Below are positions 57,109 to 64,000 of a stretch of 64,000 nt of DNA, piece after piece. The DNA comes from Bacteroidota bacterium (GTDB lineage Bacteria; Bacteroidota; Bacteroidia; Flavobacteriales; Flavobacteriaceae). The position numbers and the translations under genes are program-made. The notes below the pieces were generated by a model. The model had not been told where the DNA came from. It worked only from the letters and a program-made list of their open reading frames with translations, and made no database searches. Where the stretch lies: NCBI GenBank assembly GCA_947466955.1, contig CANIFM010000001.1:1314-65313 (forward strand). The letters run 5' to 3'. The stretch's first letter is position 1, and each line of letters opens with the position of its first letter.

Positions 57109-58371
57109 ATGGTAAAAGATTTATTCGAAAGAATTCAGAACAATAAAGGGCCTTTAGGAAAATGGGCATCTCAAGCGGAAGGTTATTTTGTTTTTCCAAA
57201 ATTAGAAGGGGAATTAGGGCCGCGAATGAAATTTCAAGGAAAAGACATTTTGAACTGGAGTTTGAACGATTATTTAGGTCTTGCAAATCACCCAGAAGTT
57301 AGAAAAGCGGATGCTGATGCAGCCATTGAATATGGTGCTGCGTACCCGATGGGAGCAAGAATGATGAGCGGTCACACGAAATATCACGAACAATTGGAGC
57401 AAGAATTGGCGGCTTTTGTAATGAAAGAATCGGCTTATTTATTGAATTTTGGGTACCAAGGAATTATGTCAACTATTGACGCTTTGGTGACGCGAAATGA
57501 CGTGATTGTGTATGATGTTGATGCGCACGCTTGTATTATTGACGGGGTTCGTTTGCATAGTGGAAAGCGTTTTACCTACCGTCATAACGACGTGGAAAGT
57601 ATGGAAAAAAACTTGCAACGTGCCACAAAATTAGCCGAAACTACGGGTGGAGGAATTCTTTTTATTACGGAAGGGGTTTTCGGAATGCGAGGGCAACAAG
57701 GGAAATTGAAGGAGGTTGTGGAAATGAAGAAAAAGTACAATTTCCGATTGTTAGTTGACGATGCGCACGGTTTTGGAACACTTGGAAAAACGGGTGCTGG
57801 AGCAGGCGAGGAGCAGGGAGTTCAGGATGAAATTGATGTTTACTTTTCGACTTTTGCAAAATCGATGGCAAATATTGGTGCATTTGTAGCTGCTGACAAA
57901 GAGATAATTGATTACTTGAAATATAACTTGCGTTCGCAAATGTTTGCCAAAGCATTGCCGATGATTCAAACGATTGGTTCTTTAAAACGATTGGAATTGT
58001 TGCGTAATTCATCTGAAATTAAAGATAAATTATGGGTAAATGTGAATGCATTACAAAACGGATTGAAGGAAAAAGGATTTAATATTGGTGATACAAATAC
58101 TTGTATTACACCAGTTTACCTTGAAGGAAGTGTTCCTGAAGCAATGATTATGGTGAATGATTTGAGAGAGAATTACGGAATTTTCTTGTCGATTGTGATT
58201 TATCCGGTTATTCCAAAAGGGATAATTTTGTTGCGAATGATTCCAACAACTTCGCATACTTTGTCGGATGTTGATGAAACATTAACGGCTTTTGAAGCGA
58301 TTCGAGAAAAATTAGAAAACGGTACGTATAAAGAAATTGCAGATAGAACTACGGTTGATTTGGATGCTTAA
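57109..58371 (+). CDS. PLP-dependent alpha-oxoamine synthase (BioF/SPT-like)
   Basis: NDYLGLA, HACIIDG, VDDAHGFG, STFAKS. Confidence 0.88.
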   Translation: MVKDLFERIQNNKGPLGKWASQAEGYFVFPKLEGELGPRMKFQGKDILNWSLNDYLGLANHPEVRKADADAAIEYGAAYPMGARMMSGHTKYHEQLEQELAAFVMKESAYLLNFGYQGIMSTIDALVTRNDVIVYDVDAHACIIDGVRLHSGKRFTYRHNDVESMEKNLQRATKLAETTGGGILFITEGVFGMRGQQGKLKEVVEMKKKYNFRLLVDDAHGFGTLGKTGAGAGEEQGVQDEIDVYFSTFAKSMANIGAFVAADKEIIDYLKYNLRSQMFAKALPMIQTIGSLKRLELLRNSSEIKDKLWVNVNALQNGLKEKGFNIGDTNTCITPVYLEGSVPEAMIMVNDLRENYGIFLSIVIYPVIPKGIILLRMIPTTSHTLSDVDETLTAFEAIREKLENGTYKEIADRTTVDLDA

Positions 58372-58416
58372 ATTTTAGTGTTCAGTGTTCAGTTTTTTAG
58401 TGTTCAGTTAGAATAT

Positions 58417-58452
58417 AAAATCCATTCGTTTTTGCGAGTGGATTTTTTTTTT
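58417..58452 (+). terminator. Intrinsic terminator
   Basis: AAAATCCATTCG..CGAGTGGATTTT then T-run. Confidence 0.7.
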
Positions 58453-58609
58453 GAATACAGATTGAATGATTTGTACTCTAGTCTTAATCAATTACAACTA
58501 TTTGGATAACTCTAAAACTTAATTTTTGATTAAAAGTTTGATTAATAGCTTGATTAAGAAAATTAAAAAACATAAGTTTGGAGCCTTTTTAAACAATAAT
58601 TCCTTACCT

Positions 58610-59983
58610 ATGAAAATAAAGTACACAATTAAATCACTTTTATTAGTTTCGTTCATCTGTTTAACATCACTTTCCTTTGGTCAAAACTCTGTTGTTTCCC
58701 AAAAGAGAACCCCATCTGGGAAAATCCGTTGTTATACTAATGAATATGAGCAATACTTGCAAGCAAAAGATCCTCAAAGAGAAACAAGAGAAGAATTTGA
58801 AAAATGGATTGCTCCAAAAATCGCAGAAGCAAATTTGAATACTACAAATAGAAATGTGAATGCTGTTATTTATATTCCGGTTGTAATTCACATTATTCAC
58901 AATGGTGATGCTTTAGGGGCGAATGAAAACATTACCGATGCCCAAGCATTATCACAAATTACTGTTTTGAACCAAGATTTTAGAAAAATGCTTGCAACTC
59001 CAGGGTATAACACGAATCCTGTTGGAGCTGATATGGAAATCCAGTTTGTAATGGCGCAAAGAAAACCAGATAATGTGACCGCTACAAACGGAATTGACAG
59101 GGTTCAAAAAACAACCGCAAGTTATGCATCCATGACTTCTGTAGAAACTTTGAAAAGTCAAACTTCTTGGGATCCTACGAAATATTTTAATATTTGGACT
59201 GTTTTCTTTTCAAATACTTCGAGTGCTGAAATGTATGGCACACTTGGATATGCACAATTTCCAAGTTCATCTGGATTATCTGGATTGAATGCAAATGAAG
59301 GAGCCGCCAATACCGATGGATTAGTAGTTGATTATAGATGTTTTGGGACTGCGGCTATTGCACCTGGTCCTTATTTTTCTGGATATGACGGTGGTAGAAC
59401 TGCTACACACGAAATAGGACATTGTTTTGGTTTATTGCATATTTGGGGAGACGGAACAGGCGTTGAATCTACTAATACTCCTGATTGTACTGCAACTGAT
59501 TATTGTGCTGATACACCTCAAGCTGGTTGGGAACATTATACTTGTGGAACTTTTAACACTTGTCCTTCAGTTCCAGGAAATGATATGCCAGAAAACTACA
59601 TGGATTATACACCTGATAGTTGTATGAATATCTTTACATTAAATCAAAAAGGACGAGTTGCAACCGTAATGGCGATTTGTCCAAGAAGAGCAACTTTGGC
59701 AACTTCAAATGCAGCGACCCCATTAGGGATTACTGATTTTGAATTCAATTCAATTAGAATATATCCAAATCCAACACATGATCTATTAAATATTTCATTA
59801 AAAGGTGCTGAATTGCCAAATAGTATTATAATTTATAATGCATTAAGTCAAGTGGTTTTATCGAAAAATGTATCGAATACCAATGACTTGATTGTTAATA
59901 CAAGCAGTTATAGCAACGGAATTTATTTTATAAAAGTGATAAAAGACGGAGCTTCTAAAATGGTTCGTTTTATAAAAGAATAA
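58610..59983 (+). CDS. M43 zinc metalloprotease with T9SS C-terminal domain
   Basis: IPVVIHIIH, THEIGHCFGLLHIWGD, ENYMDY, IYPNPT CTD; start at ATG 58610. Confidence 0.92.
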   Translation: MKIKYTIKSLLLVSFICLTSLSFGQNSVVSQKRTPSGKIRCYTNEYEQYLQAKDPQRETREEFEKWIAPKIAEANLNTTNRNVNAVIYIPVVIHIIHNGDALGANENITDAQALSQITVLNQDFRKMLATPGYNTNPVGADMEIQFVMAQRKPDNVTATNGIDRVQKTTASYASMTSVETLKSQTSWDPTKYFNIWTVFFSNTSSAEMYGTLGYAQFPSSSGLSGLNANEGAANTDGLVVDYRCFGTAAIAPGPYFSGYDGGRTATHEIGHCFGLLHIWGDGTGVESTNTPDCTATDYCADTPQAGWEHYTCGTFNTCPSVPGNDMPENYMDYTPDSCMNIFTLNQKGRVATVMAICPRRATLATSNAATPLGITDFEFNSIRIYPNPTHDLLNISLKGAELPNSIIIYNALSQVVLSKNVSNTNDLIVNTSSYSNGIYFIKVIKDGASKMVRFIKE

Positions 59984-60042
59984 GTTGTTTAAAATCAATA
60001 GATACAGAAAGGGCTAATTAATTTCAGTCCTTTTTTATTGCA

Positions 60043-61074
60043 TCAACCCATCATTTTTCTTTTTCTAACCAACAACCAAATCACTATTGGTGCACCAAAA
60101 ATAGATGTTACCGCATTTATTGGTAAAATAATTTCTGTGCCTGGGACTTGGGAAATGATATCGCAAATTAACATTATTATAGCCCCAAAAAGTAAGGTAC
60201 TCCAAAATAATATTTTGTGATTACTGGTTTGAAATACTAATTTGGCAATGTGAGGAACTGCAAGCCCAATAAAAGCGATAGGTCCTGCAAAAGCGGTAAT
60301 GCTTCCTGCCAATAAACTGGTTGCAAAAATGATGATGTATTTGGTTTTTTTGTAATTCATACCAAGGCTTTTTGCATAATTTTCACCCAATAATAATGCG
60401 TTTAATGGTTTGATACTTAAAACACTTAAAAGCAATCCTAAAACAACGCAAAAGCATAAAATGGCAATTGAATTCCAAGATAAATTTCCAAGATTTCCCA
60501 AAGACCAAAAGGTGAATTTCTGAAGTTGTTCAGCAGTACTGAAATAGGTTAAACTACCAACAATAGCACTTGTTAAACTCCCAAACATCAACCCAACAAT
60601 TAAGATTGCCATTGTATCCCGAAGTCGTTGTGCAATTGCTAATACTGACAATAAAACCAAGAAACTGCCTGCACTTGAAGCGAGTATGATTCCATAAGAA
60701 GAAAGGAAAAATACTGAAAGAAAAGGGGGCAAAAAAGCGGCACCTAATATCACAATTGCAACTCCCAAACTGGCTCCAGAACTGAGTCCTAAAACATAAG
60801 GCCCCGCCAATGGATTTCTGAATAATGTTTGCATCAATAATCCGCTAATTGAAAGCCCAATTCCTATTAATATTGCTACAATTGCTTTTGGTAATCTGTA
60901 ATTTAAAATGATATAATTCCACGATTCTTTGCTACAACTTCCTTTGATAATGCTATTGAAAATGTCTCTTACTGGAATAGTTATGGAACCCAAACTAATA
61001 TTGAGTAAAAACAACAAAACAACTCCTAAAATTAGAGTTGAAAAAAGTAACGTATTTTTATTTGTAGTCTTCAA
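60043..61074 (-). CDS. FecCD/BtuC family ABC permease
   Basis: RLPKA, QTLFRNPLAGP, GPIAFIGLAVPH. Confidence 0.9.
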   Translation of the reverse strand: MKTTNKNTLLFSTLILGVVLLFLLNISLGSITIPVRDIFNSIIKGSCSKESWNYIILNYRLPKAIVAILIGIGLSISGLLMQTLFRNPLAGPYVLGLSSGASLGVAIVILGAAFLPPFLSVFFLSSYGIILASSAGSFLVLLSVLAIAQRLRDTMAILIVGLMFGSLTSAIVGSLTYFSTAEQLQKFTFWSLGNLGNLSWNSIAILCFCVVLGLLLSVLSIKPLNALLLGENYAKSLGMNYKKTKYIIIFATSLLAGSITAFAGPIAFIGLAVPHIAKLVFQTSNHKILFWSTLLFGAIIMLICDIISQVPGTEIILPINAVTSIFGAPIVIWLLVRKRKMMG

Positions 61075-61075
61075 A

Positions 61076-62218
61076 TTATTCTAATTTTTGAAAGAAAAAA
61101 GGTTTGTAATTGGGCAATAATTCAGGATGAAATATTTTTATTAAATCTTTCAAAACCAAATCTGGACGTGCAGAAGCCAATTCAAAATATACAATTCCAC
61201 CTTTTGCACCTTTATTTATAGCATACGAATATACTTTTTTATTTTTGAAACTTGAAAATTCAGCATAATGAGGATTGCTGTCACTCATTTGTTTCAATGA
61301 GGAAAAATCGCCCGGTGCAATCCAAAAAGTGGCGTTTTGAGCTTTATCTAAAATGGTTTCAAAGGGCAAAGACAAACTTCCAAAACCTTTCGTTTCTTTC
61401 CATAAATAATTGGATTTCGCATCTTTCAAAAACACAGAAACCCAACTTTCACCTTGCGGAACATACCATTGGTCTTGAAACATGGCACCACTAAGAACGG
61501 TTGGTTTTTGAGTTGTATTTTTGGCTAAAGCCAATGCATTTTTGTAATTATTTTCAATGGTATTAAAAATGGTATTTGCCTTAGCATCCAATCCGTATAA
61601 AGCTCCGAAAAACTTAATCCATTCAGCTTTTCCCAAGGGTGATTGCTCTGTCCAATCGCCATTAATCAATACGTTCAGCCCGCTTTTTTGTAAATTATCA
61701 ATTGTTGGATTACAGTTATTGATACCAAAACTTACAATTACGTCGGGTTTCATATCAATTAAAATTTCGGTATTCAGACTTTCATTGACACCTACTTCCC
61801 GGACTTTTCCAGCATCAATTCTTTTTCTGGTTTTTGCAGATGAAATAAAATTGGTACTTGGAAAACCTACCAATGTGTTTGCTACATTCAACATTTCAAG
61901 CGATGGAATATGGGTTGTAGATGTTACCACAATCGATTGAATTGGAACAGAAATCACTGTAAATTGCTTTAAACTATCAGGAATAATTCCGTTTTTTTCT
62001 TTTAAAATATAAGTAAATCCAGTTGTTGCTTCGGGCCAAGGTTTTGTGATTTTCATTACGGAATAGCCATCATATTTATAAATTTCTAAGCCTTTGGCAT
62101 ACTTTACGCTATTGGCGGAAGCCGAAAATGGAGCTGAATTTTTCTCGTTGATTTGTTTGCAACCCAAAAGAATTAAAAATAATGAACAAGCGAAAACGAG
62201 AAGGAAATTGGATTTCAT
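61076..62218 (-). CDS. ABC substrate-binding lipoprotein (BtuF-like)
   Basis: Lipobox LLGC, PLGKAEWIKF, RPDLVLKDL; divergent from B12 riboswitch. Confidence 0.85.
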   Translation of the reverse strand: MKSNFLLVFACSLFLILLGCKQINEKNSAPFSASANSVKYAKGLEIYKYDGYSVMKITKPWPEATTGFTYILKEKNGIIPDSLKQFTVISVPIQSIVVTSTTHIPSLEMLNVANTLVGFPSTNFISSAKTRKRIDAGKVREVGVNESLNTEILIDMKPDVIVSFGINNCNPTIDNLQKSGLNVLINGDWTEQSPLGKAEWIKFFGALYGLDAKANTIFNTIENNYKNALALAKNTTQKPTVLSGAMFQDQWYVPQGESWVSVFLKDAKSNYLWKETKGFGSLSLPFETILDKAQNATFWIAPGDFSSLKQMSDSNPHYAEFSSFKNKKVYSYAINKGAKGGIVYFELASARPDLVLKDLIKIFHPELLPNYKPFFFQKLE

Positions 62219-62327
62219 AGGTTTACTTAAAAAGTTTTACAAATGTAAAAGTTATGTTTGTTTTATTTACTTAAATCTAAAATAATATTCAATATAATGG
62301 AATCATAATCCTATATTTGCATCCGTA

Positions 62328-62620
62328 TTAAGGTTGCTGTTTTATAATAAAACTGCATTAAAAGGGAAACAGGTGAAGGATTTCGCACTTGAGATTTAGA
62401 ATTTTATCATTCACAAATCATCAAAAAAAGCAAATCATAATTCCTGTGCTGTTCCCGCAACTGTAAGCTAATAAGCTTGTTGTTATCTACAAAACCACTG
62501 TTTTTAATTGTAGATTTTAGAATTTTGAGTATAGATTTTTTCAATCTTAAATCAAAAATTAGAAATCTAAAATGGAATGGGAAGGTCAACAACAAGACGC
62601 AAGCCAGGAGACCTGCCTAT
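62328..62620 (+). promoter_or_regulatory. Cobalamin riboswitch
   Basis: AAAGGGAAacaGGTG, CTGTTCCCGCAACTGTAA, CCACTG, TGGGAAGG, AGCCAGGAGACCTGCC, upstream of a TonB receptor. Confidence 0.92.
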
Positions 62621-62713
62621 TACGTCGAGTATCAAACTTTCGGGAAAAAAGGTTTGGGTATGGTAAATTCTATACTTTTCTCCCCACTTTATTAAAATTA
62701 TTATTAACGAAAA

Positions 62714-64000
62714 ATGAACAAAAAAATGATTCGCTTCAGTGCGTTCACATTGCTATTTGCTATGAACACTTATGCACAAGCACCAACTCCAAAACAACTT
62801 GATGAGGTTGTAATTTCCGATTCTAAATTTGCTTTGCCAAAAGAAAAATCTGGAAAAGTGATTGTAAAAATTAATGCTGCCGAATTGGCTAAAAAAGCAG
62901 GACAATCTTTAGCTTCAATATTAAGTACCGTTGTGGGACTTGAAGTCAATGGAAATCAGAGTAGTGCGGGTAAAAATTTAGGGTATTATGTTCGTGGTGG
63001 AAGAAATCGTCAAACCTTAATTTTGATTGATGGAACTCCTGTAACAGATGCTTCAGGAGTAAATTTAGAATACGATTTACGATTAATTTCTGCCGAACAA
63101 GTAGAAAGTATCGAAGTGATGAAAGGTGCTGCAAGCACACTTTACGGTTCAGGGGCAGCTGCTGGAGTGATCAATATTACATTGAAAAAAGCCAGTAAAA
63201 AGGAAGTTTCGGGGAATGTATATAGTAGTTTAGGCACACAAACAACCGCTGACAACACCAATTACAGACCTCAAGATTTTAATCAAGGATTTGGTTTGAA
63301 TGGTACTATTGGTAAAATTAATTATTTTGCAACTTTAAATAGTGTAGAAACTAAAGGTATTTCCGAAGCAAAAGGAGTTGATTTTGAAGAAGATCATTTT
63401 TCTAAAATTACAACTTTAGTGAAAATAGGTTTTGCTCCTACAAAGAAACTATCCTTTGATTTTTTCACGAATTACGACCGTATAAAAAATAATTATGATG
63501 GATTTTACGATAATTTCACTTCAGCGGATACTCCAGTAAATGTGGCAACATCAGAACAATTCCGATTTGGATTTTCTCCAAAATACAAATACAACAAAGG
63601 GGAATTCGTTTTGAATTCAGGGTTTACTTCTATTGAAAGAAAATATACTTCATTAAATACTTGGACGAATTCAATAGACAATAGTTTGTACGCTTCAAAA
63701 AGTGTTAGTGCGGATGCATTTAATAAATATACATTTTCAAATCAGTTTTTTCTAATTTTAGGAAGCCAATTTCAGTTTAATGAAATGGAAGCCAAATCGG
63801 AATTTATTACTAAAGAAAATGCGAATTTCAATTCAATTGACACTTATTTTACAGCGGTTTATAATTCAGATTTCGGTTTAAATATCAACGCTGGATCACG
63901 TTACAACTTGCATAACATTTACAAAAATTATGCTGTTTACAATTTCAATCCGTCGTATTCGTTTTCGAAATTACCATTGAAAATTGTAGCTTCTTACAGT
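62714..64000 (+). CDS. btuB: TonB-dependent receptor, probably BtuB (partial)
   Basis: MNKKMIRF...LDEVVIS, plug YVRGG...LILIDG.P...IEVMKGAASTLYGSGA; under cobalamin riboswitch. Confidence 0.8.
   Translation, partial: MNKKMIRFSAFTLLFAMNTYAQAPTPKQLDEVVISDSKFALPKEKSGKVIVKINAAELAKKAGQSLASILSTVVGLEVNGNQSSAGKNLGYYVRGGRNRQTLILIDGTPVTDASGVNLEYDLRLISAEQVESIEVMKGAASTLYGSGAAAGVINITLKKASKKEVSGNVYSSLGTQTTADNTNYRPQDFNQGFGLNGTIGKINYFATLNSVETKGISEAKGVDFEEDHFSKITTLVKIGFAPTKKLSFDFFTNYDRIKNNYDGFYDNFTSADTPVNVATSEQFRFGFSPKYKYNKGEFVLNSGFTSIERKYTSLNTWTNSIDNSLYASKSVSADAFNKYTFSNQFFLILGSQFQFNEMEAKSEFITKENANFNSIDTYFTAVYNSDFGLNINAGSRYNLHNIYKNYAVYNFNPSYSFSKLPLKIVASYS

Noticed and set aside
62407-62802. Short ORFs 62407..62595, 62477..62695, 62572..62802
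   Set aside because: They overlap the cobalamin riboswitch and btuB start, with no protein features.
1312-63140. Many 60-140-aa ORFs antisense or out of frame within larger genes (e.g. 12879, 16720, 29957, 34064, 35669, 51602, 57665, 61557)
   Set aside because: Shadow ORFs of well-supported genes with no independent motifs or leaders.

Overview
AT-rich Bacteroidetes DNA, Flavobacterium-like by gene content and TAnnTTTG promoters. Bases ~1-34760 are the right part of an integrative element inserted at the 3' end of tRNA-Ser(UGA) (34767-34854, minus strand); the other end is not visible in this window. The backbone has a tyrosine integrase, HTH, replication initiator with iteron-like repeats, DnaC/IstB-like ATPase and a large structured RNA resembling phage C4/CI antisense RNAs. 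The ~29 kb cargo has two paralogous WYL regulators plus a mini-WYL, three HhH/OGG-fold glycosylase-like proteins, two GIY-YIG nucleases, a YaaA-like protein, an ART-like protein, an ADP-ribosylglycohydrolase, a DUF2779 nuclease-like protein and three paralogs of an unknown ~264-aa family. The main signal is a 13-bp palindrome (GTCA-N5-TGAC and close variants) found 11 times between cargo genes, each time exactly 12 nt from a TAnnTTTG -7 element. This suggests an island-wide WYL-controlled regulon for DNA damage or phage defence. A second 30-nt motif (3 copies) may be a small leader RNA. Bases ~35000-64000 are mostly core genome: ribB, LptF/G, LolA-like, ftsK, dgkA, tpx, typA, MATE, a copper cluster, NYN protein, T9SS proteins, B12 uptake genes and a cobalamin riboswitch. 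All family calls come from motifs recognised by eye; no searches were run.
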